Notes: generated by a model not told the origin, from the letters alone. Shown: positions 38,195-50,053, counted from the first letter of the whole stretch. The stretch: 62,581 bases of DNA, filler included, from Globobulimina sp. (GCA_003354225.1; 25 parts of 25 records of this genome joined end to end with filler, not necessarily neighbours in it); one strand, 5' to 3'. Numbers and translations are program-made.

Positions 38195-40025
38195 ATGCTT
38201 TCCTTAAACAAACACTCGATCAATGCAGCCATAGCAGAGAGATATGCCTCTATTTGCTATGAATTCGAATTCGAAAACAAGAGCGATCTGAATGGGAGCA
38301 ATGAATTAAAATTTGCGATTACAATCGATGCACAAGCATTTATTTGCGGATTTAGTGCAGACATTGATGGCGAATTATTTATTGGCGAAACCAAAGAAAA
38401 AAAGAAAGCAAAAAAAGAGTATGTTGCGGCAAAAGAAAAAGACGAAAATGCGATATTAATATCTCAGCCATATCCAGATATTGCCAATGTATTTGAAATC
38501 AAAACAAATATCGATTCAAAAAGCAAAATAATATTAAAAATTCACATTGAACAATATTTGCAAAAGAAATTCAATTTTAATGAATTAAGTATTGAAATAT
38601 TAAAAGAATTTTATAAATATAAAATCAACAAAAATTATGAAGCAATCTCATTTGACGTAGAGATTGCGGATAAAAGCGGCATTTATGACATCCAATTGCC
38701 AGCAAACAACGAATTGGAAATAGTGATTGAGACAAATGTAATGAATAAAAATAACACTTTCTGTGCAATCAATGGCAAAATGGCGAAAAATTGTAAATTG
38801 AATGAGTTTACTTTAAAATATAAAATCAAAGGCGAACAAAATGAATCCAATATTTTATACGATAGAAAAAGTAAAACATTTGTTCACGTCATAAGTGATA
38901 TAATCTCAGATTCGACAATCAATGGAATGGCTGCTCAGAATATTGCAGCTGCGGAGGGCGACACTGACAGCAAAGAGATGGCGATGATACCACGCCGTGT
39001 TATATTTGTTGTGGATAAATCGGGCTCTATGTCTGGCAACAAATGGGACAAAACCATTTCCGCCACAATCACCGCATTAAAACAACTAAGAATCGGTTAT
39101 GATCGATATGGTGTTATATTTTTCGACGACCAGCTTGAATTTTGCCCAAATGTTAATGTTGGCACTTTATTAGCGGATAAAAGCAATGTCGCTGAATCTA
39201 TAGCTTATGTACAACAGCAACAAACGGGGGGTTCCACGGATATCAATTTAGCACTGTTGACAGGTATCGATTTAATTAAAAGTGATATAAAATCAATGGA
39301 TGAGATGCCAGAATATAATTTTTTTATGAATCAGTTGGTGTTGATAACCGATGGCGAACCAAACAGTGGCGTAACGAGCACAAATACCATTATTTCCAAT
39401 GTGATGCGGGAAAATAAAGCAAATAAAATCTCAATATTTTGTTTTGGTGTTGGTTCGGATCAAAATGATTCGTCGTGGACGCAAGATTTAAATCATTCAT
39501 TTTTGAAAATATTAGCTTTAAATAACGATGGAATTTATAAACGAATCAAAGAATCAAAATGCGAGACTCAGCTAAATGAGTATTTTGCTGTTTTATCCAA
39601 ACCGGTTTTGTCAAACATTAATATTAAATATGAAGGCATCGCTGATATGGATTTAACCAAAACATGTTTCAATACATTATATGCTGGAAATGATATTATT
39701 ATTTGTGGACAATTAAAGAATGACAAAGTATTAACAATGACAGCCAATATATCTGCTATGACCGGAAAGCAAAGCAATGCTAAAATGGTGGTTCAACCAA
39801 TTGAAATAAACAAGAAAATAAAAGTATCGCTGAATGCAATGGATGATGAGAAGGAGTAAGAGGACGACAAAGATAAGGATAATGTCGAAGGGATTTGGGC
39901 CTATTTGAAATTAAAACAATTTGCAGAAAATAAATTAATTAGCAATGATATGATTGAGTATGATGAGGATGAACACTGTGAACAAATGGCATTAGCATTG
40001 GCTTTGAAATATAAATTTGTCACAC
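38195..40025 (+). CDS. VIT + vWA domain protein (inter-alpha-trypsin inhibitor heavy chain-like), in-frame TAA at 39857-39859, 3' partial
   Basis: VIT N-terminus; MIDAS 'FVVDKSGSMSG', 'GGSTDIN', 'LITDGEPN'; 'IWAYL' and 'LALKYKFVT' continue in frame after the TAA. Confidence 0.85.
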
Positions 40026-40125
40026 NNNNNNNNNNNNNNNNNNNNNNNNNNNNNNNNNNNNNNNNNNNNTTAATTAATTAANNNNNNNNNNNNNNNNNNN
40101 NNNNNNNNNNNNNNNNNNNNNNNNN

Positions 40126-40244
40126 ATATCTAACCATATGTGGACAATGCGATGCTAAATGTATTATATTGTGTAGTAAAATTGCAATAAAACAAGAACC
40201 TTCAATACCAACCATTCATACCATTGTGAAGATGCAATCATTAT
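40126..40244 (+). repeat. 119-nt terminal direct repeat (copy 1; copy 2 at 42414-42532)
   Basis: The first and last 119 nt of the contig are identical. Confidence 0.97.
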
Positions 40245-40386
40245 CGATATTAAAGTGAGCATATCTATATCGATAAAGACACGCTTAATTTGACTTTGTA
40301 ATTATAATTATTTATACGATGTATACAATTAAATTCTGAAAGTGAACTGAAAGTTTTTTTTCCTCTTTGCCTGCTGTCAATAAGTA

Positions 40387-42532
40387 ATGTCAACTGCAGC
40401 AGACGCATTGACCACATCAAGATTTCTTAATAATATTAAAACATGTTCAAAACAGACATTATTATCTTGTTTGTCATCCATGAATGAATCAAATCTTCGA
40501 CATTTAATATTTTCATCATTGAAACAATCCAAACCTCAAATAAAAGAATTAATTCATAACATTTGGAATCACCATACAGTTAATTTGCACTCAGACAGAT
40601 GATTCAAGCACAAACAAAAATATTTAGCCCGAAAATACAGAACATACCGATCATATTCAACAATTTTTTATTATTAACAATAACAATAAGAAAAATGAAA
40701 CAACACAAAACAATAATAACTCATTCACAGCATTACCATCCTCAATTGGCGCATTTATTATGTCATTTAACACAATGACCGACAGAATGAATACTGAATT
40801 AATATCAAAAGATTTCTATCAATTTTGTCAAATACCAATGGCCAAATATCACCTAATTATTGATCACACCTTTTGTAAAGCATTATATTTTGATACCGTC
40901 CATATTGAAAAATATTTCAATGCACAATACGTAGAAATTGCATATGTATTTAAAGACAGTCAATATGAGAAATTTGAACAGAAATATTACTCAATTCTTT
41001 CAAAACTATTCTCCAAATCACCTCTATTGCATACAATTAAATATAAATTAACATATAAAAAATTTAAAAGCAAATTGTCGCAAAGAAATATTGGCGATCG
41101 ATACTATGGATATACTGGACATATCTTAGAATGGATGACAATGATTGCAAACAATACAAATTCAACACCAAATATGTTCCATTCTGTTTCAAAATTAATA
41201 TGGACTCCGTCGCAATACACTCCCTATCCGATGCAATCCACATCAATCTGGAGAAAGGAATATGAAGCGTTTTGTAAATTTTTACCACATTTGACATCAT
41301 TTGTATTGCCCAGAAATAGAAGCTATTTACGGAGGAATTTGTATGATTGCGATGACACAGATTGTGTTTGGAATGTATTTAAAAAAGCATTTCATTATAA
41401 TACGTTGCAGCATATTGAATGTAATATGAGTGTCCAACGCGAACGTTATCACTGGCTTAGACATAAACATATTAATATTAACAATCATCCATTAATTCAT
41501 TTTCATAAATTTAACAATTTGAAATCGTTGAGATTGACACTGCCAGTTTTCCCAAATTGTCCGCAATATTATGCTCCTTTTATAGAAGTAATAGAAGCTG
41601 CGCAATGTATACATTTAACAGAAGTATCATTAGAATTTGTAAGGTGTGCTGTTAATCAATTTGAAGGGGGTGAACATGTTACGAATCTATTTACGGATCT
41701 GACTATTATTGATTGTTTATGTAAAAAAATATTATCATATTGTCCAAATATTAGAAAATATGCACTTATCACAAATAAAGTATCTGTACCTTTTACATTT
41801 GATCATTTAATTGGATTTTATGATCGCTTGGAATGTTTTGAAACTGATGTCGATTTATCATTAATTATTAAAAAAGAAATAAGAATGATATCTTTAAAAA
41901 AATTAACATTGGTATTATATGATAATGCAGAATTAGAATCAGAATGTAATGATTTGAGCAAATTTCCAAACTTAGAATCGTTTAAATGTATTTATCGGAA
42001 TAAATTAAATGAGAAATGGCTAAATTTAAATGGAAATATTACTAATTTTATTAGTTATCTATCGAAACAAACAGCGAACAGAAAATTAAAATACATTGGC
42101 ATTTATCATCAAGATATAAAAATAAAAAATGAGAGAAATAAAAAGAGGAAAACGGAATATTTTAAATTGAACACATGTTCAAAAGATAAATCATTGGAAT
42201 TATGTAAATCAATTATTTTGTTAACAAATTCAAATAATTTTAAAATAAAAAGTGTTGAATTATCTCCAGTTGCATTCAAACAAAAAGAATTGGAATATTT
42301 ATATTTTTTAGTGATTCCATTTTGTCAGCGATCATAGCTGAGTTATTCTATTCTATCTTAGTTTTTGTATATACAACTTGTATATTGTTAACATTTAAGA
42401 TGAATGAGCAATTATATCTAACCATATGTGGACAATGCGATGCTAAATGTATTATATTGTGTAGTAAAATTGCAATAAAACAAGAACCTTCAATACCAAC
42501 CATTCATACCATTGTGAAGATGCAATCATTAT
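40387..42532 (+). CDS. F-box-like/LRR-like protein; introns 40579-40627 and probably 42311-42399; last exon crosses the contig junction and ends at TGA 40256-40258
   Basis: 'SFTALPSSIGAFIMSF...DRMNTELISKDFY' is F-box-like; 'FNNLKSLRL', 'CPNIRKY', 'FPNLESF' are LRR-like; the last exon reads MNEQLYLTICG...KMQSL|SILK*. Confidence 0.7.
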
Positions 42533-43041
42533 NNNNNNNNNNNNNNNNNNNNNNNNNNNNNNNNNNNNNNNNNNNNTTAATTAATTAANNNNNNNNNNNN
42601 NNNNNNNNNNNNNNNNNNNNNNNNNNNNNNNNATTATTCAAAGTTGAAAACCACTCTAGCTAACCCAAAAACTTTGCCAATCACAAAAGAAGTGTTTAGA
42701 AGTTTAAGCCTAAAAAGTCAATTACAAATATTTTCAGGTGAATTCATAAACGGTCATCGTTTTACAAAAGTGTTGTTTTTCAACAGAATTTGGATGTAGT
42801 TTAACAAATGCATATGCAAACCAACATAACGCACACGGACATTACAATTGGGCTCTCTAATTTAAGAATAAATGTTTTGCTTCTTTACAGATCGGTGAAA
42901 TGTACAAACAAACATGTACAAATTTGACTGAGATTTAATTTTTTTCAAATAAAAAAGGCAGAGATAATTAAGAATCGATGAAATTTAAATATAAAAAACC
43001 ACCCAAAAAACAAAGTTTAATTTTCATAACATACAAAAAGT

Positions 43042-44265
43042 TTAATTTTCATTATTGTAATACATTGCTTGTGCAGGTCCCGCATTGCCCGGTTGATATT
43101 GGTTTGAATTGATTAATGGTTGCATGACAACAAAAGTTGGTTTATTTGGTTGCAATGATTGTTGTAATTTCCTATCTTTGTTTTCTTTCTTTTGAATTTG
43201 AAACCATTCCACTTTTCTCACTAATTTAACACTCCAAATGCAACTAAATAACGACAAGACTGCAATTACAAACATAGAGACCACAATTCTTGATAACGAA
43301 CCCAACACAGCACTGCACATAACAGCCTTTGTATCAATATAAGCATCGCCAATGAAGCCACATCGCGCGATATCAATCATGTCATCAACATCATTAAATA
43401 GAGGATTCAATAAAATTGAGGCATTATCTACATTGTTTGCTAATTGTTGCACATTCGTCTCAATCACAATAACTTGCTGAGAGACGGAAGATAAATTACT
43501 GCGAATTTTGAAAATTGTATCATTAAATGCGGAAATTGAACCAGATTCTGCCATCAATACATTTTTCAAGTTTTCTAATGCTATTTGTAACGCACTATTA
43601 TGTGTATAATATTGCGATGAATTTAAAGTAGAAATATTACTCCGTCCATATCGACAGCAACCAAAGCCATTTGCGGGTGAACTTAATGTTAAATTATTGA
43701 TTGCTAATAATGCCTCATTACCGCTGGCATAAAATGTTGAAAAATTAGTAGATAAGGCATCACCTTCAAAACTTAATAAATCAGAAAATTCAAATTCTTG
43801 CGTAATATTCCCCAATGAAGGAAATTGAATCGCATTTGTAAAATTTAATGCGCCGCCAACTCCCAATGTTTCTGTTAATCTTTCATTGCTCAAACAAGCT
43901 TCAAATATTTCACCCATCGTATTGTTAAATGTTTGGGTTACGTCTGAATCTAAAACGTCTAAGAAACGGCATGTATCATTTAATAAAACTGCAATCGGCA
44001 AATGCAACACTAATAATAACCACATCACAGTGCAGGAAAACCATAAACAAATATAAGATAAAGTAAAACATTCCGGTTTCTTTAAGATACCCCCAAATAA
44101 AATAAATATTATCGGCAACAATGGTATGGCAAATATTATATTGTATGCTATCTCCCGCTGATCATTATATTCTTGAATCATTGGTCTCGACTCAAGCACG
44201 GTATCCTCAGCGGCAACAACTTGGTCATGCACATCACCGATTTGCTCGATAAAGCCGTCGATTTG
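43042..44265 (-). CDS. C-terminal part of a eukaryotic multi-pass membrane protein (Tweety/prominin-like)
   Basis: Transmembrane helices with 'LLNDTCRFL', 'CGFIGDAY...KAVMC' and a Q/P-rich tail; AT-rich codon usage like the host. Confidence 0.55.
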   Translation of the reverse strand, partial: QIDGFIEQIGDVHDQVVAAEDTVLESRPMIQEYNDQREIAYNIIFAIPLLPIIFILFGGILKKPECFTLSYICLWFSCTVMWLLLVLHLPIAVLLNDTCRFLDVLDSDVTQTFNNTMGEIFEACLSNERLTETLGVGGALNFTNAIQFPSLGNITQEFEFSDLLSFEGDALSTNFSTFYASGNEALLAINNLTLSSPANGFGCCRYGRSNISTLNSSQYYTHNSALQIALENLKNVLMAESGSISAFNDTIFKIRSNLSSVSQQVIVIETNVQQLANNVDNASILLNPLFNDVDDMIDIARCGFIGDAYIDTKAVMCSAVLGSLSRIVVSMFVIAVLSLFSCIWSVKLVRKVEWFQIQKKENKDRKLQQSLQPNKPTFVVMQPLINSNQYQPGNAGPAQAMYYNNEN

Positions 44266-44538
44266 CTCAATAATTTCACTTTCTGCACCCTGTATATCTG
44301 CCAGATGCATATTACAATAAGGACACCATCCGCCCCGGTAAACCAGGATGACAGTTGGTTTTTCACTGAGGACATCTAACAGAGAATGATCACTCGCATC
44401 GGGAGCTTTCAGAACAGCATCAGGGATGGTTTCCCCAATGAGCAATGGAGAAATTTCTTCGGCCTTTTCCGGGATTTGCGCCGATATCGAAAAAAAGATA
44501 AGTATTAAGCCAAACAGAATAAGTACTAACTGTTTCAT
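44266..44538 (-). CDS. N-terminal half of a bacterial (Bacteroidota-type) peroxiredoxin-like AhpC/TSA protein
   Basis: Signal peptide, 'IPEKAEEISPLLIGETIP', 'YRGGWCPYCN.HL..IQ'; the thioredoxin fold stops after 'ESEII'. Confidence 0.85.
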
Positions 44539-44753
44539 TGACGTAAGATTTATTTATTGATAATCCAGTGGATTATTATTCATATCAACAATGAGAATGG
44601 GCAAAAGGTTTTTTGGGGCTTGAAAAATGACTGCTCACTTTGGATTGGAATGCGCTGCTCAGTTTAATTTAGAATAGGGTGCTCAATTAAGCCGGTATAT
44701 GCAAATATGCTACTGTTGAAAACGATTGATTAAGATCTGGTTGAATGAGCTGA

Positions 44754-44785
44754 TTTGGCATACAGGCGTTAAGGTCTTATATTGC
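44754..44785 (+). promoter_or_regulatory. Putative Bacteroidota housekeeping promoter (-33 TTTG, -7 TATATTGC)
   Basis: TTTG 44754-44757, a 20-nt spacer, and TATATTGC 44778-44785 (an imperfect match to TAnnTTTG), 21 nt before ATG 44807. Confidence 0.45.
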
Positions 44786-44806
44786 AATTGCCACTAATAA
44801 TCCTAA

Positions 44807-45039
44807 ATGTCCGGTAATCCAAATAAATTATACCAATTCTGGCAGGAGCTGAAACGCCGAAAGGTAGTACGAGTAATCACCGTTTATGCTGCTGCAGCAT
44901 TTGTGATTCTTGAGCTGACCGACATCGTTGCTCCCTCCCTGGGATTACCTGATTGGACACTGAATTTCATCATCATCCTGCTTTGCGTTGGATTTATCAT
45001 TGCAGTCATGCTTTCCTGGATATATGATATACACCCTGA
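44807..45039 (+). CDS. Bacterial membrane protein N-terminus of the 'ELKRRKV' type (often found on TolB-like/TPR or adenylate cyclase proteins), 3' partial
   Basis: 'FWQELKRRKVVRV..VYAAAAF..LE...I..P.LGLPDW....II.L..GF......SWIYD'. Confidence 0.8.
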
Positions 45040-45139
45040 NNNNNNNNNNNNNNNNNNNNNNNNNNNNNNNNNNNNNNNNNNNNTTAATTAATTAANNNNN
45101 NNNNNNNNNNNNNNNNNNNNNNNNNNNNNNNNNNNNNNN

Positions 45140-45258
45140 AATTGTACTTAGAATGGCTAAAAAATAGCATGAAGGTGATATCATGCAACAGATTGCAAAC
45201 CCAATAGAAACCTATAAACAAACCATCAGCAATCTATATTATATGCAATAATACAGAT
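45140..45258 (+). repeat. 119-nt terminal direct repeat (copy 1; copy 2 at 47428-47546)
   Basis: The first and last 119 nt of the contig are identical. Confidence 0.97.
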
Positions 45259-46298
45259 GGTTTGTGATAGTTTATGTATAGCAATATTTTAGTATCATAT
45301 TCTTCAAAATATAATGACCATAAATTAATTTCTTTTTTATTATGATGAAATTGTTCGGTCTGTTTTACATGATACAAATAAATGGATTTCAACGGATCAG
45401 CAAGAAATAACGTTTTCAAATATAGTGTGTGAGAGTGTGGCTCTTCTCGTTGGCATCGTTATTTATTAAAATACAATATGTTACACTCGCCAATTTTGGC
45501 GATAATCCAGCAATGTCATTGCTTGATCACTATCATCAAATCCTCCGCCTTTCAAAAAACTTTAATTCGAATTCAGGTTTAATAAATTCTCCAATAAAAC
45601 AATATGGTGCAACGTATTCAATAAACCGTGCCAAACCAATATGACAACACCAGAAAACGTTAAAATTGTTTATGGGTTGTTATTTTTTATGTCGTACTAC
45701 TAAGTAACACTGTCGTTATTTGTACAACGGATTCATAAAAAATTAAAACTAATTTTAATTGAATTTAAAGACAATACAAATATTTTACAAGAATCACTTT
45801 TCATTAATTTAGAGTATCTACACATTTATCATCAACAATGTCATATCCAATTGCTGTACTTCCATCACTTGTTTTATTGTAACCAATAATATGAATACCA
45901 AAGAATATAATATATATAAACCAATTGGATATTAATATAAACCATTTATTATATTGGTTAATTATTGATTTATATAATAAATGTCCGATTGTATCAGGTG
46001 CTAATTCAAATTTGATTATTTCAGCCACAATGTTTTACTTTTTGTTTTTTTGTTTTATTTGTTATGAATGTTTGTCAGATTTGCTACGTACAACTTTATT
46101 AAAAACAAAAATTATACGTACAAGTAGCGGCAAACAGAACATATTGAATGTATAACTTCGAAGTATAAGTCAATAAGTCCGATGTTATAGCAACAAACAG
46201 AACATATTGGCCCGCTTTTGGCTGCCTCTCAAATTGTTTTTCTCTTTCACATTTCTCTTTCACATTCGATACTTAGTTTAGAAGTAAACTCACTGCTC

Positions 46299-47402
46299 AT
46301 GGCACCAATAATCGTTGTGAGTTTTTTAATAAATATTGCCAATGCACAACTATCGATGCCATTGCGTGATGCAGCAGATGCAGCAAATATATTCATTGGA
46401 TCATCTGCCAACTACAACATTCTTCACCAAGACGTTGAATATGGCAATATCTTAAAACAACAATATTCATTAATTACAGCTGAGAATGGTTGTAAATGGA
46501 TACCAACTGAACCAGAATACAATGTGTTCAATTTTACTCAATGTGATTATGTTTATAACACCGCATTATATAACAATCAAACTTTCCGTGGTCATAATTT
46601 GTGCTGGAATTCACCGTATACAAATCCATCATGGTTAGTTAATGGAAATTGGTCTCAACAACAACTCATTGGCATTCTACAAAATCATATCACTACAATG
46701 ATACAACATTATGACGTCGACACCACTCCAGGTCGAGGTGTATATTCATGGGACATAGTGAATGAAGCAGTCAGTGCCAGCCCATCCAAAGATGGTTTGT
46801 ATAAAACTGGCGTATGGTATCCTGCCGTGCCAAATTATGTTGATATCGCATTTGAAGCAGCACGTAAAGCAAACGCAAATATCAAATTATTTTATAATGA
46901 TGAAGGGATATTTTCGGTTGCCCCACAATATAAAGATAAAGCCGATGCTGTTTATAATATGATTAAAAGTATGAAAGAAAGAAATATCCCTATTGATGGC
47001 GTTGGATTTGAGTGTCACATGAATTTGGGAAATAATTATCCATTCAATTATAGTGACGTTTTATCTAATTTTCAAAGGTATTCTCAATTGGGAATAGAGA
47101 TACATATCACAGAAATGACTGTGAGCTGCGGTAGTTCTGTAAAATACGAAGTTAAACCTAAACCATGTAAGCAATTTACAAAGGAATTGGAAACTCAACA
47201 AGCTCAGATGTATGCAATGTTGGTGAGTGCCTGTATGGAAACACGTCCATTTTGTAAGAGTATGGAGACATGGTCTTATACGGATAAATATACCTTTTAT
47301 GGCTCCGATAATTATCCACTTCCATGGGATATAAACTTTAAACCTAAAACAGCTGCGTATTATATTGAACAAGAATTGTTGAATGCTTCTTTAATGATGT
47401 AA
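46299..47402 (+). CDS. GH10 endo-1,4-beta-xylanase, secreted, intronless
   Basis: 'TAENGCKW', 'FRGHNLCW', acid/base motif 'WDIVNEA', 'KLFYNDE', 'IDGVGFECH', nucleophile motif 'IHITEM'. Confidence 0.93.
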   Translation: MAPIIVVSFLINIANAQLSMPLRDAADAANIFIGSSANYNILHQDVEYGNILKQQYSLITAENGCKWIPTEPEYNVFNFTQCDYVYNTALYNNQTFRGHNLCWNSPYTNPSWLVNGNWSQQQLIGILQNHITTMIQHYDVDTTPGRGVYSWDIVNEAVSASPSKDGLYKTGVWYPAVPNYVDIAFEAARKANANIKLFYNDEGIFSVAPQYKDKADAVYNMIKSMKERNIPIDGVGFECHMNLGNNYPFNYSDVLSNFQRYSQLGIEIHITEMTVSCGSSVKYEVKPKPCKQFTKELETQQAQMYAMLVSACMETRPFCKSMETWSYTDKYTFYGSDNYPLPWDINFKPKTAAYYIEQELLNASLMM

Positions 47403-47706
47403 TGTTAGGCATTTTTAACTGCCTCCCAATTGTACTTAGAATGGCTAAAAAATAGCATGAAGGTGATATCATGCAACAGATTGCAAACCCAATAGAAACC
47501 TATAAACAAACCATCAGCAATCTATATTATATGCAATAATACAGATNNNNNNNNNNNNNNNNNNNNNNNNNNNNNNNNNNNNNNNNNNNNTTAATTAATT
47601 AANNNNNNNNNNNNNNNNNNNNNNNNNNNNNNNNNNNNNNNNNNNNATAAAGAAAATTTAAGTATTTGCATTTTATATAATTATCATACATTTATTAATA
47701 ATATAC

Positions 47707-50053
47707 ATGTACAGTTATTCAGATGATGAGCTATTTTCTGCCGTGGAACGTGTATTTGACGAAATGGAACAAGACAAATTTTTCGAATGTTTTGTTAAAC
47801 AAAAGTATGAGAGAGAGATATCAATTTGGAGTATAAGATCAAAACAAAAAACCAAAACGTTAAACAATTTGGAAGATATTGTCGAAGAAGTGATGAAATT
47901 GGATTTTGCCGACTTTGATTATGATGGAAATAAAGAAATAACAAAAAAAGAGTTTATTAAATGTTTTGACGCCCATCTTATTCATGTACCAAAGGCTAAA
48001 GTGGACGAACTATTCGCCAAGAATGACAATCCGGAATTAATTAAAATTGACGATTTTAAACAATTACAGAATAAAATTGCAAAAGAACCGGAAGATGATA
48101 AAAACGCAGTTAAATGTGGTTGTTGGATGGATCATGAAAATGAAAGATATGAAATTGTAGATGACGCAGACGCAGATCACCCAGATGTTATAAATAATAA
48201 TATGGATTATGAAAAAATACCTATGCGAGTGCATGCAAATTATAAATGGTATTGCTATGTGCCCAAATTGCCAGAAGAACAAAGGAAAAATTTTGAAACA
48301 CATCATCCACATGAAACGATTAATGGATATTGGAAAGATAATGATGAGGTTATGGGAAACCCAGATGCCTGTATTAAAAGTGTATACTTATCAACAGATC
48401 ATTTAAATAAAATATTTGCTGTATTATTACATTGTGATGGAATGCATGCATTGAGCACAAAACATGGAAATAAATCAAATAATATGAGTGCATCATTTAA
48501 AATTAATAAAAATGAAATGTTATTAACGTGGTGTAACCAAAAGGGGAGATATGGAACAAATGCAATTGCGATTTATAATATTAAGCATAAGATAGAGATA
48601 TGTTATTTAAGATTTAATACAAAGCGTAGTGGGTTGGATTGGAAGTGGTACGATAATAATTCTGCTCGATATAAATCTTTTACATATGAACCATTGCTCA
48701 ATCAACTGGAAGCTTCATATTTAAGTAATAAAAAAGAGAACTTTGATCCATTACAATTTGAACAACGCTTTAATAAAGTTAATGTCCATTATTTTAAAAA
48801 TAATATATATTAAATATTATATAATTATAAAAAACAGTGCTGGCTTTCTGAGTTATCCGAATTTCTAAAACAAGAGAAGATACAGGCCGCAAATGGTATG
48901 TTTCCTAATTTTGATATAAATAAAAATTAAATGAAATGATATCAATTAATTTATAAATACCGATAGCATTTTTATTTTCAGTGACATTTGGTGATTTAGA
49001 AAATGGTGTAATAAACAATATTGAACAGGTCGGCTATACTCACAAAGAACGCAGTGCGTTTGAACGGAATATTGCACGATTTATTAACGGACGAAATTCA
49101 ATATATCTTGGTCTTGACGATTCTGATACATTGTATGTGTAATTCATTTATTTGATAAGTTGAAATCATACTCAATTAAATTTATGTTTCCGTTCAGCGT
49201 TCAAAGATGGAAAAAAACCTATAAGCTGCATACTAAGCAGCAGCAGCAATATTTCTGGTGCTTCATTTTAAGCATTGTTACCCAAATAAAATATATTGAC
49301 ATCGAATTTGAAAATAAAACAGTTTTACTTCCATTAGTTGATCCTGCGCGGAATAAAGACCCGCCGCCACAAAATATAATTAATGAGTTAATTGATTATG
49401 ATGAAGTTGAGGGAGAACAGGCAGACGCACAATTCTTTGGTGGTTCCTTCATGTTAAGCATATATAACAATATTTTGTAATTTTAATTGCTGATGTTTTT
49501 TTGATCAGACCTCCATGGGATAAATGGCAACAAGTTGAGAAGGCTAAAAACAAGGAAAATAGAGAAGTATCAAAAACTGGCGTATTACACCGGGCTAAAC
49601 CCAAAGGAAAGAAGGAAGAAGAATTGAATGCCGATGATTATCGGTGGTTGTTGGAAAAAACGGATTATGGGCCATTTCAGTTTAGCAAAGACGAAGCAGC
49701 ATTGTTACAAATGATTGATTGTATCCGGCAATTTGTGTTAGAATACGAACTCGGAGCTGTTCGTGCATTATGGGGGTTAAGTCATTTATAATGTATATCT
49801 CTAAAATATTGCTACAGTATATTAAAATAACCAAATCAGATGGTCGCAAAATTCGTATTTTAATTATTTCTGCGATACTAATTTTGAACGACAGGAAGCT
49901 TATAATCACTATAATGTATTGATGAGAAAATATAATTTAATCCAAGAATATGATATTGAAACATTAACAAAACTTTTAGAAAAAATGAATACAGAAAGAG
50001 AGGAAAGGCAAACAAAAAAAAGAAGAAAACAAGAGAATGATCAACATATCAGA
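47707..50053 (+). CDS. Hypothetical EF-hand-containing protein, multi-exon (donors at 48778, 48896, 49133, 49453, 49776), partial at both ends
   Basis: EF-hand 'DYDGNKEITKKEF'; five GT-AG introns chain the ORFs in frame. Confidence 0.65.

Noticed and set aside
2908-39859. Genome-wide stop codon reassignment (TGA=Trp or TAA=Gln/Glu)
   Set aside because: TAA ends RPL9, Rab and GH10, and TGA ends the opine dehydrogenase and the transporter. ORFs of 500-800 codons have no internal stops, and Trp is encoded by TGG.
43042-44538. 498-aa ORF as a genuine novel redoxin-membrane protein
   Set aside because: The thioredoxin fold is cut in half, and composition and neighbouring genes switch to bacterial at the junction. 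Treated as a probable chimera.
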